A stretch of 47,205 bases of DNA, counting the filler, from Rhynchobatus australiae (lineage: Eukaryota), in assembly GCA_034780895.1 (NCBI GenBank). It is 2 parts of 2 records of this genome, joined end to end, with 100 filler letters (N's around TTAATTAATTAA, not from the genome) between each part and the next. Parts side by side here need not be neighbours in the genome. Positions count along the whole stretch, not along the records: positions 1 to 16,470 come from JAUZTB010000017.1; 1 more part is not named here. One strand, given 5' to 3'. The first letter of the stretch is position 1, and each line of letters begins with the position of its first letter. The position numbers and the translations under genes are program-made. The notes under the pieces are model-generated. The model was not told where the DNA came from. It saw only the letters and a program-made list of their open reading frames with translations, and made no database searches. This document shows, piece by piece, positions 1 through 10,629 of the stretch.

Positions 1-702
1 AAAGATTTAGTGATGGAACAAAATGAGGGTTGAGCTCCCCGTCATCCATCAAGGATAGATTGGAAAATATTTCTGGCCTGGTCTCAGGCATTCTTGTGCT
101 GCTCTGTGACAACATTGAAAAAGTAGCTGTATAGTCCAGTCAACTCCTATCTTGAGCTATTCAAAAGGTCTCCTGTATGCAGACAACAAAGTTGGCAGCA
201 GGGCCTCTATTTCAATCCACATTCAGGTAGCTGAGATCTCTCAGATTACCTAATTAACTCTTAGCTGTATTAATCTAGGCAGACTGGAGCCAGCTGAGAT
301 GTGTAAACTTCCACATTAGATTAACGTCCTTTGATAAATGATTGGAGAAAAGTTGCACCCTATTCCAGATAAAGAAGAACACCACTGTTTGGATGTAGAA
401 TGAGTGGAACCAATGCTTTGATGCAATCACATAGAAGCACCACATGGCCATAAGGAAAAGGGTATAAATGAAAGGAGACAAGCAGAATGAAACAGCATAT
501 TTCTGAATAACTGCATTATTGTTCAGTGGGTCAGACCAAGCAATACCTGCTTGAGTCTGTCTATTTTTATTTGAAAATGGTAGATTTTGTTCATATTTCA
601 GTGAAACTTTGTTACACTCATTTGTAATTGGTAGGTGAGTTATTGACAGGATAAACTAGAGCTCAGCCTCACGGATACAAATGGACCTCCAACACACTGT
701 AA

Positions 703-832
703 GTCAAAAAACTACAAAGATTGGAAATCTGAAATGAAAATATAAAATGTTGGAAGCACTCAGCAGATCTGGCAGCATCTGTAGAGACAGAAACAGAATT
801 TATATTTCAGATTGAAGACCCTTTGTCAGCAG
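703..832 (-). mobile_element. Short Penelope-like element terminus with a decayed hammerhead core
   Basis: Plus strand ggaagcactcagcagatctggcagcatctgtagaga...tttcagattgaagaccctttgtcag resembles the terminus of the GIY-YIG element at 8383-9136. Minus strand reads CTGACAAAGGGTCTTCAATCTGAAA. Confidence 0.7.
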
Positions 833-844
833 TGGGGTAATTCT

Positions 845-2170
845 GATGAGGCCCAAACTGGGCATCAGTGAGCTGGTTATTGGTTAGTAAGTGCCACTTG
901 AGTGTACTGTTGATTATATCTTGTAACACTTTGATGATGATGATGATTAAAAGTAAACTGAGGCATCACTTTGCTGATGATTGACAGTAAACTGAGTTGG
1001 ACTGGACTGGTTAACTGGACTGGTTTTGTCCTTTATTTTCTAAGCAGGATATGCATGGGCAATTTTTCTCATTCTCTGTTGGATGGCAGTATTCTAACTG
1101 TACTCGAACAACTTGGCTAAAGGTTTTGGAGCATCAGTCTTTCATGGTGCAGCCAGGATGTTAACTGGTCCCATAGTATTTGCCGTATCCAGTGCCCTTG
1201 CTATTGCTCGATACCACATGAGGTGAATTAAACTGGATGAAGTTTGGCTTCTGCAATGAAGATCTCAGGAGGAAGCCAAGACAGATTATTGACTCAGCTG
1301 GGCTTTGTAATCATTGTGTATGGGTATGTTCTTCTCATCCTCCTGTTAGCTGTTTAACTGTCCTGTTGTTAATTGCCGAGACTGCAGAACTTTGATCTGT
1401 TGACTATGAGTTCACATTGTTCTATTGCATGCATGTAGTCCTATGATATAGCTTCATAAGATCGGTACTTCATTTTTAAGTGTGCCTGGTGCTGCTCTGG
1501 ACATGCTCTTCATTGAACCACAGTTGATCCTCTGTCTCAACAGCAATGGCAGAGTAAGGGATATATGCTGGGATATGAGATTAAAGATTATGATTGTTTA
1601 TTTCTGCTGCAGCTGCTGGTTCACAATTGTTCATGGGTGGTTAAATTTCTGAGTCTATTCTGTTCAGTGCGCTTGTAGTGCTACACAGCCTGACAGAGGG
1701 CTTCCTTGGTGTGAAGACAGGATCAGGTCTCCGTATGGACTGAGCACCAGTCATAATTGTCAATGCTGTCGGGAACAGATGCTTCTACCACAGGTAGACT
1801 TCTGAGGATGAGGTCAAGTAGATTTGTTCTGCATATTGGTTCAATCACTATATACAGCAGACCAAATCCAGCAGCTATATCTTTCAAGGTTAGCTTGGTC
1901 AGAGGTGATGCTACCAAGCCACTCCAGGTGATGGACAGTGAAGACCCCTACCCAGACTGCATTTGTTCTTGCTACCTTCGGTGCTCCTTCTTGGTGTTTT
2001 TCAATGAAGAGAGGCATTGATTCTTCAAATGAAAGAGAATGGCAGATGGTAACCAGCAGGAGGTTGTCTTGACCTGATGCTATGAGACTTCAGGTATTTA
2101 AAATCAATACTGAGGGCTCCCACAACTACTCCTCCTGCCTGTACCTTTGTGGCGCACCCTCAGGTGGGTT
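845..2170 (-). mobile_element. Decayed non-LTR retrotransposon (CR1/L2 group, here called family B): endonuclease C-terminus to RT N-terminus
   Basis: ORF 1723-1917 gives NLLDLILRSLPVVEASVPDSI (APE-endonuclease LDL..SDH region). LAKLFEYS near 1100-1120 and LTDAQFG near 852-873 are RT N-terminal motifs. Confidence 0.8.
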
Positions 2171-4584
2171 CGTTCCATCATCTGTTACCTCCTCTTTCCC
2201 TTGTCATCCAAGGGTGAGTTTTTAAAACATTATCTTGTTTTATTGTCTCCATCTTTAAAGACTTGAATAACTGGTAGCCTTTTTCTTCCCTAATGTTAAA
2301 TTTTCTGAAAAACGTTCAAATATATTCTTAACACTGAATATTATATATTAACACTGAATAATTATTGAACTTCCAAAATTTATCCAATGTTAAATTTAAA
2401 TATGAAAGTATTTGTATTTTCCCTTATGTAGTTCTAAGATGTAAACAAATCTTAACACAAAATTATGAGTTCAATGTTTTTGTAACAAATGTGAAAAAGA
2501 AATAAATCTAGTTATAATTTTGAACTACAAGATTCTAGTTATTTAATATTAACATTTAAAAATTGGAGTTTGTAATAAATGTGGTTTGATATTTAAACTG
2601 TATCCTACTCTCAGTGCACAGAGGAGGGCCATCATGCCATGATATGCAAGAGCAAATGAGCTAGAGCAGCCTTTTGGTAAATCTCTGTACATTAGCACTG
2701 ATTCTTCAGGTACAACATTTACCTCAAATATTACTTTATTATATCATAGCCTAAAATTTTCATTTTGGATATCTGGAGTGAAATTTTGCAGGACACATAT
2801 AATAATCTTCAGCATTAGTCTAGATTTACTGTTGTGATATTTGTCCAAGCATCTGGATCAGCTGTTCAAGACCCCACATGCTCCCTTCACAACCTGCCTG
2901 GTGCAACCTCTGTCACCTCAGCTTGTGATGCTCAAAATGGTGCTGTCAACCATGGGAGTAGGTAATGTGCATTAACTCCAATTAACCATTCATCAGGCTA
3001 ATATTCCCCAAATATGTGAGCAATGTCTGAACTTGTCAAGACAAATGGGCTGTGTTAATCAAATATGTAAGGTGTTCATGCCTAAGAATCACAGACAGGT
3101 GNNNNNNNNNNNNNNNNNNNNNNNNNNNNNNNNNNNNNNNNNNNNNNNNNNNNNNNNNNNNNNNNNNNNNNNNNNNNNNNNNNNNNNNNNNNNNNNNNNN
3201 NNNNNNNNNNNNNNNNNNNNNNNNNNNNNNNNNNNNNNNNNNNNNNNNNNNNNNNNNNNNNNNNNNNNNNNNNNNNNNNNNNNNNNNNNNNNNNNNNNNN
3301 NNNNNNNNNNNNNNNNNNNNNNNNNNNNNNNNNNNNNNNNNNNNNNNNNNNNNNNNNNNNNNNNNNNNNNNNNNNNNNNNNNNNNNNNNNNNNNNNNNNN
3401 NNNNNNNNNNNNNNNNNNCACCCAAAGTAGTAATATTTAAGAGGATTTTGCTGGTCAGTTAAGAGGATAATGAATTGTGGGATATTAATCCAAAGAAAGC
3501 ATTTTAAACTCTGTGATTTTGTATTTCATTTGTAAGTATAATTTCCGTACATATATTTAACAACTTCTTTCCTTCGTGTTGTTGCTTTACGCCTTTGAGC
3601 TCACCTTCAAATTGTAAGTAGCTTGGCCAGATGCTATTTTCATTGAAAATGTTGTTAAATTTTGATTTCCCCTCACACTCATGGATCAGCAGAAGAATAT
3701 TTTGAGAGGAAACTTAATATGGAGCAGAGAGCCTAAAGAAGTAGGATTTGTATTTTTTCTTATTACTTAAATGTAACTTCCAATTTAATGTAATGATCAA
3801 ATGCAGGTCATATTTCTATTATTAATGCATATTTACTTTTATATTTTGACAAAGTTAATGGTCCAATGCCATTTATAAATTGCCTACCTCACTCTCTCAA
3901 CCTTGTACATTCCTGCAAATTCCAATTGATTACATTCAAAATAAGTGTCTAAAAATAAACTCTGATTTCAAAAAAATAATCACAATTGACACTCTGTCAA
4001 GTTGTGAAATTTTGTCGGACTGAGTGATTGGCATTGTCTGTACTCCTTCTGTGACAAGCGGCCAGGCTTTACACCACCTTTGATAGTTTGAGAAATATTC
4101 TCGGGTACCAATTATCTGATTGTCATGCTCCAATGCAGGCAATCCCTGCACTACAGGGTGGGGTTGCGTCCCTAGAAAATGGTCTGTACCATGACTTTCT
4201 GTAATTCAAACCTGTTTCATCTGCACGTGTCAAGAAATGAGAGATGGAAAAAAAAAATCTCGTGTTTATTTATTTACTTTTTTTTAAATGTAAATTTTGC
4301 AAGAGCGAATTTTTATTCCAAAGCTCAGAATTTTTGGTGGCGATGCGTGAATTTCCATTACCTGAACTGCTGTAACGCTGGGGGTTGCTGCCTGTTTAGG
4401 GATTGTCAGAATGTATAGATGTTGGTCATCTGATTACAGTTTCTCAACAATTATTGAGCCATTACTTACAAATATTGCCCACTGCCATACCAAACTTTGT
4501 TAATGCAATCAATTTGGTCAATTTTAAATATAGTTATTTTGTTAAAAGTATTTTGTTAATATCTCAATTAAAAACTTATCTTTT

Positions 4585-4878
4585 CAAATCCCTCTAGTGC
4601 TTTGCCTTTCTCCATCTCTGTAACTTCCTCTTGCCACTATAACTCTCCTCAAATACCATATTTGATCACTCCAAAATTAGTTGTCATAGCTTCAGCTGCT
4701 GAACCCCTAGGCTATGATAATCCCTCCTTAAACCTTTCAAACTCTACACTTTCCTCCTTTATAAGTTACTTCTAAACAAGCATCTGCAATATTATCTCCT
4801 TACATGGCTTAGTGTCAATATTTGTTGGATGATAATCCTTTAAAACACCTTGGGACATTTTGCCATGTTAGAGGTGAT
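4585..4878 (+). mobile_element. L2-type LINE 3' end, decayed
   Basis: Ends ...atggcttagtgtcaatatttg...aaacaccttgggacattttgccatgttagagg, the same tail type as 43860-44090 and 45790-46050. Confidence 0.6.
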
Positions 4879-4884
4879 AATCTA

Positions 4885-5057
4885 GATCCATGTTGGGGGG
4901 TGGGATCTGTACTGGAGAGACTGGGGAAGAGGTGTTTGGCTGTCAAATAGAGGAGTAAGTACCATAGGCAGGTGATAGAGAAGGAATGTGTTCAGACAGG
5001 CTTGAGATGTGTCTATTTTAATGCAAGGAGTGTTGTGAACAAGGCGGATGAGCTTAG
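4885..5057 (+). mobile_element. CR1 LINE fragment: start of ORF2 endonuclease, cut by a gap
   Basis: LRCVYFNARSVVNKADEL is the CR1 APE-endonuclease domain I motif. Confidence 0.85.
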
Positions 5058-5239
5058 NNNNNNNNNNNNNNNNNNNNNNNNNNNNNNNNNNNNNNNNNNN
5101 NNNNNNNNNNNNNNNNNNNNNNNNNNNNNNNNNNNNNNNNNNNNNNNNNNNNNNNNNNNNNNNNNNNNNNNNTCCAGCATGGAATCCAGGTGCTGGACAA
5201 CAAGGCATTAATGGAGCCAAATTGAGGGCCAGAACTCAG

Positions 5240-5880
5240 AACCATGACACCACGATTATGTGAAACACACAATCTACCCAGCAGCAGTGATTCTGGTTTA
5301 TTTATATGCCTCCAAGAAGTGGCCTACCTACAAGAGACACTGGTATAATATTACCAATATTATTTCCACAAAATCTTCCAAGTTCACTATAAGGATATGG
5401 GAACCAACATCAGCATCCTATCCCACGTCAAGATCCACAGCATTATGGTGCTATTTGTTCTTAGCTGCATTGGGTAGGCCACGTTACTTGCACATCTGAC
5501 ACCAGACTCCCAAAATAAACTTTCTTCTGAGCTCTGTCGTGGGAGGAAATTAGCAAGTGGACAGAAGATTCAAGGATGTGCTCAAATGATTCATGGGCAT
5601 CTTTGGTCCATGACTGCTTAAAGTAGAGAAGCAGCATTTAGAATGATATTGAGAACCTTAATGCTTATGTATCAGGAGCACAAAGGAGTTCTGTGTAAAT
5701 GGTAGAAGGAATGCACACCTCACAAGCTATCCACCTGCTGCCTGCCGGCCCCCTCCAGCCCCATCTGTGGGAGAGTCTGTGGTTCCCACATGAGCCACCC
5801 CAGAACTCTCAAAACAAGAAGAAGCAAGTTATCTTTGATCCTAAAGGACTGCCTCAGAAGATGATTTCTAGCATTTCTCT
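5240..5880 (+). mobile_element. RTE-clade LINE 3' fragment, decayed
   Basis: IYPAAVILVYLYASKKW and tgggtaggccacg...tgacaccagactcccaaaa (W-GH..PDTRLPK-like), typical of the RTE C-terminus. Confidence 0.7.
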
Positions 5881-7859
5881 TTAGATCATTAACTCTGCAA
5901 CAGCTACTATAAACTATGGAACTACTAATGGAGGGTGTCGCTGTTACTGCCATTCTACCAGCACTGATGAGTAAAGAAGCAGAAGAACAAAATACAGAAG
6001 TGATACAAGTGCAAATGTAGTCGTTAAAGCACAAGCTTATTGTTGTGGTGTAAATTAAATGGCACTTTAAAAAATAGATAAAGCATTCTAGAAAAGGATG
6101 AAAGATGGTTCTTGTGGGAGAGAGTTTCTTTTACTTACAGTCTTGCAAGTTTGATGTATTTGTTTGGATTGTTCCTCAGTGTCATATTCAGCCATAATGA
6201 AAAACTGCATACCAGGAATCATGAAATGCTGGTTGTGAATTTTCACATATTAGTCAGTGAGTGTTTTACTTGCACTTTGTGGATCTGACAAAAAAAGTAC
6301 TTTCAATGCTAGCACTGTTGTAAATTGGCATAACTACCAATGGTCCATTTTAAAATATAAACAGGGTGGTAGCAGAAAGAAAAGAAAATTATGCCCATGG
6401 ACTTTCATAGCAATTTACCCCATTGGATATCTCAAAAGACATTGAGAGTTGTCATTTCACATTTCAAAGTCAAGATTTTACTCGCATATTTTTCTGCAAG
6501 ATCTAAGAGGCCAATTCTTTCTTTTTCCTCCTTTTGTGTTTGTTCTTTCCTCTTNNNNNNNNNNNNNNNNNNNNNNNNNNNNNNNNNNNNNNNNNNNNNN
6601 NNNNNNNNNNNNNNNNNNNNNNNNNNNNNNNNNNNNNNNNNNNNNNNNNNNNNNNNNNNNNNNNNNNNNNNNNNNNNNNNNNNNNNNNATGTGACATCCT
6701 GATTGCCAAAGATAATGCTTTTCATCATGCTGTGTAAAAATAAACTTTATCTTATTGAAACATTCCAGAAAATAATCTATTGCCACTACAATTATCCTTA
6801 TGGCAAAGCCATAGGACATTTTTTGTTCTAACTGACGTTAACTAGTTAATATTGTAAAGAATATTTGAATCTTGCTAATATTTATGAGGCAGTGAATGAG
6901 TTTATGCATTTATATTTTGATCCTTAGCTATGAGAGGATTTAAATTTATCCAGATTAAAATATACCTTTTGTGTTTTTAATGAGCTGCCTTTTGCCTTTT
7001 GCCAACAATTCAGTGAGGTACCTTCCACGACTTGAGGTGCAAAAGATATCCCCGCCTGCGCCGTGTGACAGGGACACATGAAAGGCGAGAAGATTGAGCA
7101 GTCCAATTTAATTAAAGATGTTAGTTTAGCTGAAGTTTTTTGCTTTTTCTCCTTCAATTGACTGGATATTTATGTAATAATGTTTTTTTAATAATAATTA
7201 AATCTATCTTTAAACATTTTTGCTAATCAGAGGTACTTCAAAGCAACTGAGAAGGCTTTTGACCAAAGGCTAGCAGCTCGGTGCGGGAACTGTTTCTCTG
7301 CACAGACCCAGCAGATGCTCATGGACCGCTCCATTCTGCAGAATGGCTGCAGTAGTGAAGCCTAAACATCACTGAGACCAGGGGGTTAGAGTGGCTGAGG
7401 GACATGTGGTGTGGGCTGCACTAAGTATAATTAAAAAATGTATTTTCAATACAAACATGAATTTGTGCATGAAATTCTCAAAGCCAGAATCAATTTTATC
7501 CTTTCATTACAGCCAAGCTCTAGTTGAATTTGTCACAACTGCCAACCCTCACACAACTAGCTTGAGTGCTCATCAGCCAGCCCTTAAAGCCTAGACACAA
7601 CAGCAGCATTCTTCCAGCTAGTGAATTGTGCTGTTATTTGAAGATGGCAGTACCAGTGATTGCTTGGGACTAATGAGAGGGACCAAGTGAATCACAACAC
7701 CCACAAGACGAGTGTCCTCTGTTCGTTTGGGCCATGTAGATACTGCTAAATGCTCCCGGCAGGAAGTTGCCATGGAGGTCTTCGTGGTAGGGAAGTTTTG
7801 ATGAACTCTGCAGGGTGCTAGTGGGACCACGCTGGGAGTTCCAGGTCATATTTTGTTCT

Positions 7860-8352
7860 CTGCATTTAAGAAACTATATATTTGCATTGGAGGGAGTGCA
7901 GCAGAAGGTTAATTAGATTGATTCCTGGGATGAAGTGGTTGATGTATGAAGAAGGGTTGAGTAGGTTAGGCCTACCCTCATTGGAGCTCAAAAGAATGAG
8001 AGGTGATCTTTTTGATATATAATCATATGACTTTTTTAGGGAAGGGGAGAAGGATTGACACAATTGATTTGAGTGGGTGTTTCCCCATGTGGAGGTATCT
8101 ACAGTTATGGGCCTTGGCTTCAGAATAAGGGTAGGTCAATTTAGGACAGAGATGAGGAGAAATTTCTTCTTGTGGGAATGTGACTCTTTTTCCTCCTGTA
8201 CTCTAGAGAGCTGTGGAAGCAGAATTATTGAACATATACAAGGCAGAGACCAACGGACATTTGAACCAGAAGGAAATCAAGGATTATAGGGATAGAACAG
8301 GAAAGTGGTGTTGGGGCCAAGAATGGATCAGCCATGTTGTTGTTGCCTGGTG
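7860..8352 (+). mobile_element. CR1 LINE 3' end, interrupted by a Penelope-like insertion; tail resumes about 9137-9162
   Basis: gggagtgcagcagaagg...tttaggacagagatgaggagaaatttctt...gatcagccatg (FRTEMRRNFF), and ggctgattggcttattcctgctc after the insertion. Confidence 0.8.
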
Positions 8353-8382
8353 CTTTTTTTTTTGGGTGGGGGTGGGAGCTGG

Positions 8383-9136
8383 AGAAACAAAGGACTGCAG
8401 GTGCTGGAATATCTAGATGAAAAACATGATGATGCTGGAGGAACTCAGCAGGCTAGGCAGCATCCGTGGAGAAAAGCAGGCGGTTAACATTTTGGGTCAG
8501 GACCCTTCTTCAGGACTAAAGATGGGAAAAGGGGAAGCCCAATATATAGGAGGGAAAAGCAGAGCAGTGATAGGTGGACAATGGAGGGGAGGCGGGTGGG
8601 CACAACGTGGTGATAGGTAGATGCAGGTGAGAGATAGTGATAGGCAGGTGCAGGGGAGGAGGGGAGAGCAGATCTGCCGGGGGATGGGTCAAAGGTAAGG
8701 AGAGAAAGGAAAAAAAAGAGGTTAGGAAAGGGAAAAAGATAAGAATCATGGTGGGGCAGGGGGTTTGTGGGGAAAGAGAGTGGGGCTAACTTAAAGTAAG
8801 AGAATTCAATATTCACGCCGTTAGGCTGCATGGTTCCAAGACAGAAAATGAAGTGCTGTTCCAATTTGCGCTTGGAGTTCTCCTGGCAGTGGAGGAGGCC
8901 GAGGACTGACATATTGGTGATAGTGTGGGAGGGGGAGTTGAAGTGACAGGCAACAGGGAGATGCAGATCGTGGCTACAGAGTGCCAGTGTTCTGCGAAAT
9001 GGTCACCTAGTCTGTGTTTGGTCTCACCAATGTAAAGGAGGCCACACTTGGAGCACCGAATACAGTAGATGATATTAAGGGAGCTGCAGGGGAATCTCTG
9101 TCTCACCTGAAAGGACTGTTTGGGTCCCTGGATGGT
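8383..9136 (-). mobile_element. Penelope-like element 3' part: frameshifted GIY-YIG endonuclease plus terminus with a decayed hammerhead motif
   Basis: NIIYCIRCSKCGLLYIGETKHRLGDHFAEH and, in another frame, RKLEQHFIFCLGTMQPNGVNIEF are Penelope GIY-YIG signatures. Minus strand 8481-8518 includes CTGAAGAAGGGTCCTGACCCAAAATG. Confidence 0.92.
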
Positions 9137-9169
9137 GGCTGATTGGCTTATTCCTGCTCTTGGCACTTA

Positions 9170-9650
9170 CACCTGCACCTTGGGACAATGTACAATAGTA
9201 ATGAATGTCGGTGCCTGGTCTGCTTGCTCAAGTCAGCTGATGAGAAATAGATGAAGTCTGGTCTTGAAGAGAGATCATCAATGATGCTCCAGATGGAGCA
9301 ATGATCATCAAACTGCTATGTGACACACATCAATATACTGTAGGTGGGCTGGAGTGATCTTGAGAGTAAATGTAATCTTGAAGTCCATTGTGAGAGCAGT
9401 TGGGGCATCCATGCAAGCTTGCTACTGAAGTTTTAAGGGATCATAGATCTGAGTACTAATCTGTGCAAATGCAGGATGGTGTAGGTGTTGTTCCTCTGAA
9501 GTGCAGATAGGTTTGTGGTTCTCTGTGGTCAGGGTGAATGGTGTAGTGTGCACTGAGTCCTTATTTGTCTCCTGCCACAGCATTAGTTTAAAAAAGATTG
9601 ATTCTTCTATCAGTGAGCAGTGGCTGTTAATACTCAGACCAATGTAGTTG
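9170..9650 (-). mobile_element. Highly decayed RTE-like LINE fragment
   Basis: Nucleotide resemblance to the RTE endonuclease-RT linker; no intact ORF. Confidence 0.4.
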
Positions 9651-10119
9651 AAAATCCTACCAACGATGAGCTACAACTGTTCACAACATTCGGGCAACTT
9701 TGATACTGGAAAAACAGTGCCAGCAAACGCAAATTTTGCCCAAAACTGAGGATGTGATATTAGCAACTGGTGATAAGACACTGAGAAATGTGAACAAACT
9801 CCCCATTAATATGATTTTCAACATCACAGTGGCATTTATTTGGGGGTAGAATTTCTATCCCATTTTGTTTCACTCTATCCTTTCTGGCCTACTGCTAGGA
9901 TAGTGGGGAAAAATATACAATGGCCATGTCCTACATTTTATCTGGGTATCTCCACATCTGACTGGAAAAATTTTACAATTTGTTGTTGGCAAAAAGTTGT
10001 GAGAATGAGAATACTTTCTACTAATAATTAGCATAATAAATCTGCATTTCTTTATTACTCATGTTCTGTTTCTCCTTGTCCTCAACAAGCTCACACTCAT
10101 TTACCATTCATTTTATGTA

Positions 10120-10208
10120 CTCTGAGGCTGCTGCTGCAAAAAGCTAATTTTCATAGCATTTGTATCCTGTGTATGTATGCCTATGACACCAATGAACTTG
10201 AACTTGAA
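10120..10208 (+). mobile_element. Short LINE 3' tail (Rex1/L2-like) ending in tgaact repeats
   Basis: gctgctgcaaaaagctaattttcat...caatgaacttgaacttgaa. Confidence 0.5.
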
Positions 10209-10629
10209 TTAATGTCTACCTTAATACAATAGCTTTGAGCACCTGCAGGAAACTTTTCACATTCATTTTATTTTAACCTCCATTGTATTATTTATATCCC
10301 TTTTGTTTCAAGCTGTTTAAAAGTATTCCAGTGTGCTGAATTATTTTTCCTTGCATTTCTCTGCAAACCTTTTCATTTGACTTGATATTTTAACCATTCA
10401 GTCTCACTGTCTTTTATTGTTTACCTAGGAATGTGATGCAAAAGGTTAATGTGTCCTATGACCCAATAGCTATTGCAGATGGACTAAACTCCCAGTGGTG
10501 CCAAGTCAAGTAAACTAGGTTACAATGTAGGACCATGACTGAAATCAGTCCATTAATGCTTCTGGTGGAGTTTTGTGAACTGGGCTAATGACCTGTGCTT
10601 GTAAAAATGCCTTTTGTCATAGAAATAAT

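Noticed and set aside
841-872. CTGATGAG-GCCCA-AAC-TGGGC-ATCAG looks like a hammerhead start or hairpin
   Set aside because: No GAAA follows the stem. It is the antisense of the LINE RT motif LTDAQFG.
2170-2265. Possible ARHGAP6 next exon (minus strand aag|ATGGAG...GAG|gtaac)
   Set aside because: The required frame stops after seven codons and does not resemble the expected KRKKSLRKKLD sequence.
2328-2362. Short repeats such as taacactgaata twice (also near 945-997 and 31378-31406)
   Set aside because: Ordinary slippage duplications; no array or CRISPR-like periodicity.
6432-6554. Protein-like ORF end KRKEQTQKEEKERIGLLDLAEKY next to a gap
   Set aside because: Charged residues come from a purine run; there is no recognisable homology and no clear splice donor.
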